NCBI GenBank assembly: GCA_013203085.1
Contig: JABMQX010000677.1
Span: forward strand, 1 to 29,840
Direction of reading: 5' to 3'
Length of the DNA stretch: 29,840 nt
Source: a bacterium
GTDB taxonomy: Bacteria > Auribacterota > JABMQX01
Each line of letters opens with the position of its first letter. Positions within the stretch are counted from its first letter, which is position 1. The translations under genes were made by a program, and so were the position numbers. The notes under the pieces are model-generated. The model was given only the letters and a program-made list of their open reading frames with translations, had not been told where the DNA came from and searched no databases. Of this stretch, positions 1-8,144 are shown piece after piece.

Positions 1-50
1 AGTTAACTCAATTTAATGAAGTCCCCACTAGTGCAGCTTCACGATTGATA

Positions 51-80
51 TTGATAATTGGATGTTGTTGCTGGTATAAT
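51..80 (+). promoter_or_regulatory. sigma70-type promoter of the IS630 transposase
   Basis: TTGATA (51-56), N18, TATAAT (75-80) with an extended -10 TG at 72-73, inside the IS left end and upstream of the ATGs at 105/120. Confidence 0.6.
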
Positions 81-104
81 CCATTGCTTGCGACGACCAG
101 GAAT

Positions 105-563
105 ATGGAGCAGACCAGCATGAACAAGAAGTATATTGTCCGTCTCACTTCGGAAGAACGGGAGCATCTGGAAGAGTTTGTTTCGACGGGGAGAAGAGCG
201 GCATACAAGATCAAGCACGCCAACATCTTGCTGAAAGCGGATGCGGATGGGCCCGGATGGTCGGATGAGGGCATTGCGCAGGCCTTCTCGGTGCATGAGC
301 ATACCCTGCGCAACGTCCGGCAGCGTTTTGTGGAGCGCGGGATGGACGCGGCCATCGAACAAAAAAAACAAGACGCTCCTTCTCGCAAGCCGATTCTGGA
401 TGGCGAAAAGCAAGCCCATCTGCTGGCTATGGCCTGTAGCCAACCGCCCCCGGGCCACGCCCGCCGGACATTGCAGTTGCTGGCCCAGGAGATGGTACGG
501 CTTGAGGTCGTCGAGAGGATCTCATACGAGACGGTGCGGAGAGCACTAAAAAAAACGAGTTGA
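105..563 (+). CDS. IS630 transposase OrfA (HTH DNA-binding part)
   Basis: MNKKYIVRLTSEER...HANILLKAD...QRFVERG...ISYETVRRALKK is a typical IS630 N-terminus. Start at 105 or 120. Confidence 0.9.
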   Translation: MEQTSMNKKYIVRLTSEEREHLEEFVSTGRRAAYKIKHANILLKADADGPGWSDEGIAQAFSVHEHTLRNVRQRFVERGMDAAIEQKKQDAPSRKPILDGEKQAHLLAMACSQPPPGHARRTLQLLAQEMVRLEVVERISYETVRRALKKTS

Positions 564-1252
564 AACCGCACCTGTGTGCCTACTGGTGTATTCCTCCAAA
601 GGACAACGGGGAATTCGTGGCGCGGATGGAGGATATTTTGGACCTGTACTGTTTGCCGTATGACCCCAACATTCCTCTGATCTGCATGGACGAGCTGCCA
701 CGCCAGCTCATCAAGGAAACGCGGAGGCCGCTGCCGGTAAGACCCGGAAGCCCTCGACGGGTGGACTATGAATACGAACGCAACGGGACGGCGAATGTTT
801 TCCTGTTTACCGAGCCCCTGGCTGGCTGGCGCCACGTCAATGTGCGGGAACGCAGAACGGGCGTGGACTGGGCGCACGAAATCCAGCAGATGCTTGAGGT
901 CCACTACCCCCAAGCCCCCTTGGTGCGCCTTGTGTGCGACAATTTGAACACCCATAAGACGGGGTCTCTTTATGAAGCATTTGGGCCGAAAGATGCCCGG
1001 CGTCTCGCCAAACGCCTTGACATTCACTACACGCCCAACCACGGTAGCTGGCTGAACATCGCCGAGATAGAGCTCAGTGCCTTGAGCAAGCAATGCCTCA
1101 AGCGGCGAATACCCGACATCCCTACATTACGCCACGAGACCCACCACTGGGGACAAACCCGCAACCAAAAGCAAAAAGGCGTTGACTGGCAATTCACCAC
1201 CGACGACGCTCGCATAAAACTCAAAAACCTCTACCCACACGTACAAATGTGA
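560..1252 (+). CDS. IS630 transposase OrfB (DDE domain), joined to OrfA by a -1 frameshift
   Basis: DDE motifs ICMDE, LVCDNLNTH, HYTPNHGSWLNIAEIE. The A8 run at 548-555 gives ...ALKKNELKPHL on a -1 slip. The stop codon lies in the right TIR. Confidence 0.92.
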   Translation: MKPHLCAYWCIPPKDNGEFVARMEDILDLYCLPYDPNIPLICMDELPRQLIKETRRPLPVRPGSPRRVDYEYERNGTANVFLFTEPLAGWRHVNVRERRTGVDWAHEIQQMLEVHYPQAPLVRLVCDNLNTHKTGSLYEAFGPKDARRLAKRLDIHYTPNHGSWLNIAEIELSALSKQCLKRRIPDIPTLRHETHHWGQTRNQKQKGVDWQFTTDDARIKLKNLYPHVQM

Positions 1253-1272
1253 AGGAGCACTAGGGCGCCTTC

Positions 1273-2817
1273 TCATCTGACAATCGCCGCCACCCAGTGC
1301 GCAGAACCGTCCGGGCGAGTAATAGTGACCGTACTTCCGCCGCGTATACCTGTTGTCGCCCCCCACTCGGCCGTATCCACATTCACCCACCGAAGCTCAA
1401 ACCTCACATTCGGATAACTATCTAGCTTCAAACCGACCGACCCGCCGCCGTTCTTGGTGAAATAGAGGATATATGCTTTCCCCGGATTTGCCGCCAGATA
1501 AGCCTCATCAGATTGCCGGCTTGTCAACAGATCAAGTCTGGGCTCGACATCCCAGAACTTCACCCTGGTTTCGACCTTCCTCGTCGCGGCGATGCAGTTC
1601 TTTGCCTCAGGATACAAACCTATCCCCGATGTGGGACGATGGAACCTCACTCCAGCCACGCCGGCGAGTAGATTGCGCCACCATTCTTCGATTCCGTTGT
1701 CAGAGTCTCCGGGCTTAAACCTGCTCCATGGTTTTCCGTCCAGTGCGAGGTCATTGCCGTATATTTTGGTCATGTGCAGCAAGTACGGTGGATTCGCTTT
1801 CTTCGCCGCGTCGGCTATCCATTTTACCTTGTCCCAATGTGCCTCATCCGCATGCCTGCTGTTGACCTGGGATACGTCAAGATAATCGTATTCTTTTCGA
1901 TTGGCCAGTTGATAAGTGAGCCCGCGAGAGTTTTCCGCTGCATACACATCGTCGAACATATCCGTAGTCGCTACCTTCTTGCCCTGCGCACTTGCCTTGC
2001 GTTCTATGAATCTCATCCAATACTTCCCCCAAGCCGGGTCCGCATGGGTCTCGTTGTTCATGCAATACAGCACGTTTCCGTACCGCAGGGCAACCGACAG
2101 CAACTTGTCAACGAACTTATCCTGGAAACCTCGAACCAGGTCGAACTTCTGTTTCCTGGATTTCGGCGCATTCTCGTATTCCGGATGTCCCGGCACTCCC
2201 TGGAGAAAGGGATGTCTGCCGAACGACCCGTACGACACAGCCAATCCCGACGACGCGGTGGTATAGTTTGCGTTGTTCTTCGGATTCCACGGACTCACCG
2301 GCCACGATCCCCAGCTTCCGTCGATCAAATCGAACCTGTCCCACAGCTCTATCTGGACGATGATGTCGCGCTTCTGGGCCTCCGCTATAAACATCTCAAT
2401 GCGCCCCCAGAACGGGCCGGTCATCGTATTCAGATCGTACTTGTCGCCCGACTTGGCGCAAAACCTGAACCCCTGCATCCCAGCCGCCATTCCCGGGTCG
2501 AGCACACACCGAAGGCAGTTGCCTCCGGCCACGGCCAAATCGTCCATGGCCTGCTTGATCTGTTCAGGCGTACTTACACCCCGGTTATCCTTGTCGTTGT
2601 CGGTGTCGTGGTCGATAAACGGGTTGTGACCGTGATTCCAGCCGCCCAGCAACAGCACACGCCGACCGTCATATTTCCAATAACGCCCGTCGACGGTGAT
2701 CTGAGCAAAGATAGAGCTGCCAAATGTCAAAACGATTATAAATCCCAGGAATATGCACCAAACGTTACTCCATGCGGTCCTTGCGAAGACCCATGCCGAA
2801 ACCACAGTCCGGCGCAT
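1273..2817 (-). CDS. Secreted GH-A-like TIM-barrel protein with C-terminal collagen-binding-like beta domain (uncharacterised glycoside hydrolase)
   Basis: Hydrophobic N-terminal signal. YWKYDG..LLGG, VQIELWD and YCMNNE (Asn-Glu acid/base-like) motifs. C-terminal EAYLAANPG..YILYF..LRWVNV. Start taken at the ATG at 2817 after AGAGGA; paralog of 8145-9653. Confidence 0.7.
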   Translation of the reverse strand: MRRTVVSAWVFARTAWSNVWCIFLGFIIVLTFGSSIFAQITVDGRYWKYDGRRVLLLGGWNHGHNPFIDHDTDNDKDNRGVSTPEQIKQAMDDLAVAGGNCLRCVLDPGMAAGMQGFRFCAKSGDKYDLNTMTGPFWGRIEMFIAEAQKRDIIVQIELWDRFDLIDGSWGSWPVSPWNPKNNANYTTASSGLAVSYGSFGRHPFLQGVPGHPEYENAPKSRKQKFDLVRGFQDKFVDKLLSVALRYGNVLYCMNNETHADPAWGKYWMRFIERKASAQGKKVATTDMFDDVYAAENSRGLTYQLANRKEYDYLDVSQVNSRHADEAHWDKVKWIADAAKKANPPYLLHMTKIYGNDLALDGKPWSRFKPGDSDNGIEEWWRNLLAGVAGVRFHRPTSGIGLYPEAKNCIAATRKVETRVKFWDVEPRLDLLTSRQSDEAYLAANPGKAYILYFTKNGGGSVGLKLDSYPNVRFELRWVNVDTAEWGATTGIRGGSTVTITRPDGSAHWVAAIVR

Positions 2818-2917
2818 ATCCTCTTTGCCGGAGAGTCCTGCCCCTCGGTCACCACGGTTCGGTCCCAACGTTTTTCTCATCGTTATTCCTTTCGGTCCTG
2901 ATGATTGTTCTTTATTT

Positions 2918-4150
2918 TCATTTTTGTCTCTTCCTTTCTTCCGATCTGACCCTCTGAGCTACGTATGCGCCAATCGGACGTCCATAGCTGCTCTCCCAGG
3001 CGCTGGCCCACAGAACCCGGTTCCCGTCAGGGGACGGAACAGCATGAGCTTCCGTCAGGTAGTCGGTTCTCTTCGTATGAAGGTGGGCGATTCGTTCGAC
3101 AGTCATGCTTCCGTCAAGCTTCACGTCTACTACCTCGTCCCAGTAAGGCGGCCAGGTCGGGCCTTGGTGCTGATACGTAACATAGGCCCAACCGGGGCGA
3201 TTGGAATTCCTTGTAGATGTGTGGCCTGCGTATCCACCCGGTGTCAAGACGATCACCTTGCCGTCACACAAACGGCGTTTGATTACACGTCCGTCGTCCG
3301 GCTTTGATTTCGAGACCCCTACGGCTACATCATCGCCGCTCTCATCGATTGTGAGGTCGTAATGGCTCGGACGACCGTACTCATCCCAAAGTCTACCGAC
3401 CTTATTTCCATATAGGTCGTAAATCTGCGTCTGGTCTCCTTTTCTGCCGTTGATTCGCCCATTGAGCACGATGTACTTGCCGGATGCCGATACAGAAATC
3501 CAATCAAGCTCGACGTCATTGAGACCCATATCCGGATACCTGACTCCATTCTCCAGATTATAGGCAAACGCGACGCGATCCTTGCCCTTCTCGCCATCGA
3601 CAACGATCAGCCTTCCGTCGAGGGAGAGATTCCCTTCCCAGGGACCGATCCTAAATCCGGAGTAGCCTGAAAACGTTGCTATTATTTCAGTCTTGTCTCT
3701 ACGCACATCCCAGTAACCGATGACATTGCCTTTGACATAAACCATTGTGTCGGGTCTCTTCGGGTGCCATCGAGTCTCTGTCCCGGGGCAGGCGTTCCGC
3801 CCGAACAGCGGCACATAGGTGGCGCCATCAAGAAAAAGGTTATTCGGGTGGCCGTGATGCCTCCCAAGAAACAGGATCGATTGATCGCAGTTCCAAGCCG
3901 CGTCCTTGGAGTAGTGGTGGCGGGCGATTGTGCTCCATTTGCCTTTGATGTTTGGGATATCGGTTCCTGGTTCTCCCGTGATGCGGGTGACTTTAGCTCC
4001 GAAAACAGGATCGATATATGACTCCAAGTAACCCGGCTGGGGAATCTTAGGAATGTCCACGATTTGTGCGTTGGTTGCTGCCAGAGAATCGGTCAATCCC
4101 AATGACACAATGAGGAAGAGCAACAGACTATATCCGGACTTTTCTTCCAT
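2918..4150 (-). CDS. Secreted beta-propeller-like protein of unknown function (TolB/oligogalacturonate-lyase-like repeats)
   Basis: Signal peptide, then DPVFGAKVTRIT, HYSKDAAWNCD, SLDGRLIVV, SASGKYIVL, PSPDGNRVLWAS blade-like motifs. AAGGA RBS before the ATG at 4150. Confidence 0.65.
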   Translation of the reverse strand: MEEKSGYSLLLFLIVSLGLTDSLAATNAQIVDIPKIPQPGYLESYIDPVFGAKVTRITGEPGTDIPNIKGKWSTIARHHYSKDAAWNCDQSILFLGRHHGHPNNLFLDGATYVPLFGRNACPGTETRWHPKRPDTMVYVKGNVIGYWDVRRDKTEIIATFSGYSGFRIGPWEGNLSLDGRLIVVDGEKGKDRVAFAYNLENGVRYPDMGLNDVELDWISVSASGKYIVLNGRINGRKGDQTQIYDLYGNKVGRLWDEYGRPSHYDLTIDESGDDVAVGVSKSKPDDGRVIKRRLCDGKVIVLTPGGYAGHTSTRNSNRPGWAYVTYQHQGPTWPPYWDEVVDVKLDGSMTVERIAHLHTKRTDYLTEAHAVPSPDGNRVLWASAWESSYGRPIGAYVAQRVRSEERKRQK

Positions 4151-4342
4151 GAGTTCCTTTAACCGGAATTCTTCATTTGCCTTCATAGGCGTCATTGCTG
4201 CTTCTTGACATTCCACTCGGCTTCCCTGAACTGGCCTCGCTTGAAGAGCGCTACCGGGCCGGTTTGCGCCAAACAATGGGGCTCACCTCCAATGACATCT
4301 TCGCAGACCATGTACCCATCCGGTTTATACGAGCTGCTGCCG

Positions 4343-7123
4343 TCAACGGATCCTTCCATCGGGGGCGACCACCTGGTCGAACAGTCCTGGATTGTCGGTT
4401 ATGGCGACCAGATCGATGTGCATAGATTCTCGCGGGGCAAGGTTCACAACATGGTCGCCCGCGGCGAGTTCGAAAGCCTGGAGACAGATCAGTGACATTT
4501 TGCTGTTGTGCGCGGCCAGAGACCAGCCCCACGAGGCAGCGATTCGCAATTGCGCCCTGTTGAACGGCCCGTCATCTATGCCGAAGTACAGGGAATCGTG
4601 AGTACCAGTCGGCTCGTCCGATTTGACGCGAAGAAGAAGAAAATACCTGCTGGTTTTCGGGACGTTGAACCTATATTCGACAGGATCCTTCTTGGCAAGG
4701 CCACTCAGTAGGAGGCATCTCCCCTGTGATGCCTCGGGGTCGGCAACAGTCTTGTAAGCTTTGTCACTGTCAGGTTCTTCCGCCTCAATGTAAGTCACCC
4801 AAACGTCTTTACTTGTGGGTTTGGTCTTCGCAACCACACCGCTCTTGGCATAGACCATTACCGGTCTGGAGTAACCGCTTTCCAGCCTGATGAGGAAGGC
4901 CCCCCGGTAGAGAGTCCTGCCGGTCATCTTCTCAGGGCAAAGCGTCACAGAGAATGTCATCGTCTGGCCCGGTCTGAAAACACCGGCTTTTGGAGTGACA
5001 TTGAACCAGTCAAAAGCATCGTTTCTGGCTATCCGAAAGTGTGTCGAGGGCGCTTCGCTTCGGACTGTCGCCGAGACGTTCTTGGCCCGAGCCGATTTAA
5101 CGTCCGATGCGGAAAACATCAACTGGTAGCGATCAAGAATGACCGGGATTGGGCGTACGGGCAGGACCAAATCGGATCCAAAGGGAATGGCTCCCATGTC
5201 GGGTTGGCCGCCCGCGCTGGGAGCAAAGTTGTCGACGGCAATCGCATGGCCCACTCCGTCCGAGGTCCGGCGCAGGGAGAACAGGCCGGCATCGGCATCG
5301 ACAAAATCAGGCTTGCCGAGGATACCATGCGTCTCGTCGCCCGGTTGTCCTGTGGATAGCAGATTATAATCGCATTCCGATTGTGGGCTTCTCTGGCGTC
5401 CGGAAATGGCGCTTCTGCCGGCAAAAATGTTGTTCTTTGCCACGATGCGAAGGTTGTGGGGAAGATTCAGGTCACGTGACTCGCCATGGCACGTGTTGTT
5501 GAAGATGAAGGATACAGCACTGGGACCATTAGCATGGGACGAGGTTTTGATGGTTTGTCCGGCCAATCCTCGTTCATCGCCCATGTTCACCAGCAGATTC
5601 CGAAACACATATGACGGACCCGACATACAACCCTGAATGCTCACTCCGCAAAGGCAACCCTCGAACTTATTGAAAAAGACTCTGACATTCGTCTGGCCCC
5701 CGTCGATCTCGAGCGCATCGTCATTGGCGAAGCACATCATGTTGCCGTAGATATCGCCATCCCGGTTGAAGCCACCGTCGATGTGGAAATTCCCAGCTCC
5801 CTCTACGGCGTCATTCCAGCGGTGTTTGTCGCTGCCGATGAAGTCGTTATAGCGCAAAACGGTCGATCGGGATTTGTCCATACCCACGGCTTGAGGGCCC
5901 GCCGGATGGGAATAGTACCATGAATTCGCCGTACTCACGGGATCGTGGATGTAACATCGTTCCACCACGGTGCCGATGCTCTTGCTGACGAGGATCGCGC
6001 TGTCCCAGTTGATCGCGTTGCCGGTCTCGGTGTAGTACTTGCCGTCGCGATCGAAACGCTGCGTTCCGATTCGGCCCCAACCGGCGATATCACAGTTCAC
6101 GACCCTTACGTGCTCGCACCTCCTGATGGTGACGGCCTCTTTTAACCCGCCGCGCAGGGTCAGCCCTTCGAGCACTACATACTTGGTCCCGTCCAGTTCA
6201 ATAAGCGGCCCCTTGCGATCGTTTTGCAACACGAATCCCTTCTTGCCAGTGATCTTAATCCAGCCCTGAGGAGAGCCAGATTCCCGAACGGTGAGCCGAC
6301 CGGTGAAGGTCGTTTCGTCGAGGGTGATGGTCTTGCCGATGGGAATCCGACTACTCCAGGTTCGAAACACCTGCTGAGCCAGCACGTCCCCATTCGCAGC
6401 TTCGATTCTCAACTCGTACAGTGTGTCTTCGTCCAGACCCACGACACTGCCGCGATACATGCCGTCTTCTTTCACGTACACGGGTGCATAAGCTTTCAGC
6501 CACGGCCCCCCCTTTCTGCGGTAAACCACGGCCAGGCCATCTCGGCTGGGACTCCTAAAGTAGAATGAACACGTGTTAAAAAGCGGGACGATCTCGAATG
6601 GCGCAACGTTCAGCTTCACGTTTCCCCCGGCCGTCCGGTTAGTGATGAGATCCTTCTCTCCCTCCGTCAGCCGTTCGGTGAACTTGACATACTCGTAAGT
6701 GATCTCCTCCTCGGCTCCGATGGCGTAAAGACATGTCTCTATCGCGACCGATCCTTGCCAGCCAAGCCGCCTGCGCATATCGAGGGCATAGAGACCCGGT
6801 CTGTCTATCTCAACCGCCACCCGTTTGTCGTACGGTTCCTTGCGAATGAGTTTGACCGTTCCGCGGTCCGATAGGGACGAAACCTTGACAACGAAGAGAG
6901 GCATCTTGTCGACGTTTATGGGGAACGTCTTGCTGACGCAGATCCAGGCCGGGGATTCCCGCCCATCCTTCAGGTGCAGTTTCCCTTTGTCCATGGAGAC
7001 CTTGCCGGGAGTCGATGTGAAGCGAGTCCAGCCACCCTCAGAAAAATCGTCAACGACCCGGGCGTGGCCGGCAACGACGAGAATCGCCCAAAACAGGGTG
7101 GGTAAGGAAAAGATTCTGTTCAT
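4343..7123 (-). CDS. Large modular secreted right-handed beta-helix protein (polysaccharide lyase/hydrolase-like) with flanking beta-sandwich domains
   Basis: Signal peptide. Parallel beta-helix repeats (VVLEGLTL, VRVVNCDI, TVVERCYIHD, DDALEIDG, VFRNLL). C-terminal YIEAE...GDHVVNLAPRE..IDLVAIT CBM-like module. Confidence 0.7.
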   Translation of the reverse strand: MNRIFSLPTLFWAILVVAGHARVVDDFSEGGWTRFTSTPGKVSMDKGKLHLKDGRESPAWICVSKTFPINVDKMPLFVVKVSSLSDRGTVKLIRKEPYDKRVAVEIDRPGLYALDMRRRLGWQGSVAIETCLYAIGAEEEITYEYVKFTERLTEGEKDLITNRTAGGNVKLNVAPFEIVPLFNTCSFYFRSPSRDGLAVVYRRKGGPWLKAYAPVYVKEDGMYRGSVVGLDEDTLYELRIEAANGDVLAQQVFRTWSSRIPIGKTITLDETTFTGRLTVRESGSPQGWIKITGKKGFVLQNDRKGPLIELDGTKYVVLEGLTLRGGLKEAVTIRRCEHVRVVNCDIAGWGRIGTQRFDRDGKYYTETGNAINWDSAILVSKSIGTVVERCYIHDPVSTANSWYYSHPAGPQAVGMDKSRSTVLRYNDFIGSDKHRWNDAVEGAGNFHIDGGFNRDGDIYGNMMCFANDDALEIDGGQTNVRVFFNKFEGCLCGVSIQGCMSGPSYVFRNLLVNMGDERGLAGQTIKTSSHANGPSAVSFIFNNTCHGESRDLNLPHNLRIVAKNNIFAGRSAISGRQRSPQSECDYNLLSTGQPGDETHGILGKPDFVDADAGLFSLRRTSDGVGHAIAVDNFAPSAGGQPDMGAIPFGSDLVLPVRPIPVILDRYQLMFSASDVKSARAKNVSATVRSEAPSTHFRIARNDAFDWFNVTPKAGVFRPGQTMTFSVTLCPEKMTGRTLYRGAFLIRLESGYSRPVMVYAKSGVVAKTKPTSKDVWVTYIEAEEPDSDKAYKTVADPEASQGRCLLLSGLAKKDPVEYRFNVPKTSRYFLLLRVKSDEPTGTHDSLYFGIDDGPFNRAQLRIAASWGWSLAAHNSKMSLICLQAFELAAGDHVVNLAPRESMHIDLVAITDNPGLFDQVVAPDGRIR

Positions 7124-7147
7124 GCCTTCTGTCTCCAAAGGATTGAT

Positions 7148-8140
7148 TCACTTGTCTGTCGATTGAGCCAAGTACTGATCAAAATCGGAAGCGACTTTCG
7201 ACGCGTCGATCCCTTCTGCAAGTTCGCCTATAATGTGATGATTGGGATTGTCGGGATTGATGCGCCACATGTGGGTGCCATCCTCGAATATGTGAAAATA
7301 GCCATGTGTTCTCAGCTTGAAGTAAGGTTCGTGCCCTTTGATTGCAACATAGACTGCGATCAGGTCCGCACTGTGATGAGAGTTCCGGTTCCATTCTTTT
7401 AAGAAAACCCTGTATGCCTCACGGACAGGATTCGGATGTGTATCATCTCTCTCAAACAGGATCTTTCCGGTTGGAATCGCATTGGCGAAATCTCCGCCGG
7501 TAGTGAAGATGATCCTGGTCGGCCAGTCATTTGCCACATGTCGGACAGCTTGTGGATCCGGCTTGAAATTGCCCCATTTTCCGGGGTCTTGTTGCAGAGG
7601 GTACCGTCCTCCCATACAGACGAGATGTTTTACTTTCTTCGCGGCCAGTTCCATTCCTGACAAGGGGCTGTGTTCGTCTGCCTCGGTGTTCAACAGTTTG
7701 GAGAGATTGGTCAGGTAGCCTACGGTAACAACGACCACACTATTGTCGGGTTGCCCACTCAATATCTTCCTGTAAATCCGAGTTGCATCAGGCGCGTTTT
7801 CGCCCAATCCGATGTCTTGTGGATATCTCTCGGAAATGGTCTTGGCGTATTTCGAATTGCGGTAAACCCCCGATGTTTTCACATTGCCAATCGGAATATC
7901 AGGGCGGCCAAAGAACGTGTTGATCACATCAATAGTGGGCGCTGACCACGGGTTGAGGCTTGAACTGATGGTCGCCAGGATTTCTGCATCGCCCCGATTG
8001 ACAAAACCATGAAGCATGGCCAGTGCCCCCACATCATCAACATCCGACTCCATATCCGTGTCGAAGATGATTCTTACCGGCTGGGCAACAGCCGACAGAT
8101 GAAGACAGAATAGCGATATCAAGACAATGCCATTTCTCAT
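7148..8140 (-). CDS. Secreted nucleoside hydrolase-family (IUNH) protein
   Basis: IIFDTDMESDVDDVGALAMLH Ca-binding aspartate cluster; VVTVGYLTNL and LVCMGG motifs; signal peptide MRNGIVLISLFCLHLSAVA. Confidence 0.85.
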   Translation of the reverse strand: MRNGIVLISLFCLHLSAVAQPVRIIFDTDMESDVDDVGALAMLHGFVNRGDAEILATISSSLNPWSAPTIDVINTFFGRPDIPIGNVKTSGVYRNSKYAKTISERYPQDIGLGENAPDATRIYRKILSGQPDNSVVVVTVGYLTNLSKLLNTEADEHSPLSGMELAAKKVKHLVCMGGRYPLQQDPGKWGNFKPDPQAVRHVANDWPTRIIFTTGGDFANAIPTGKILFERDDTHPNPVREAYRVFLKEWNRNSHHSADLIAVYVAIKGHEPYFKLRTHGYFHIFEDGTHMWRINPDNPNHHIIGELAEGIDASKVASDFDQYLAQSTDK

Positions 8141-8144
8141 TTGG

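Larger units (their letters stand above)
31..1260 (+). mobile_element. IS630-family insertion sequence, apparently complete (1230 bp)
   Basis: Terminal inverted repeats GTGCAGCTTCAC (31-42) and GTGAAGGAGCAC (1249-1260; reverse complement GTGCTCCTTCAC, 10/12 identical). TA on both flanks (29-30, 1261-1262), each in a CTAG context. Encloses a two-frame transposase. Confidence 0.93.

Noticed and set aside
8-1093. 361-aa minus-strand ORF and many other long antisense ORFs (e.g. 1774-2901, 8853-9689, 14857-15882, 18191-18955, 28336-29073)
   Set aside because: They are shadows opposite well-supported genes in GC-rich DNA and carry no recognisable motifs.
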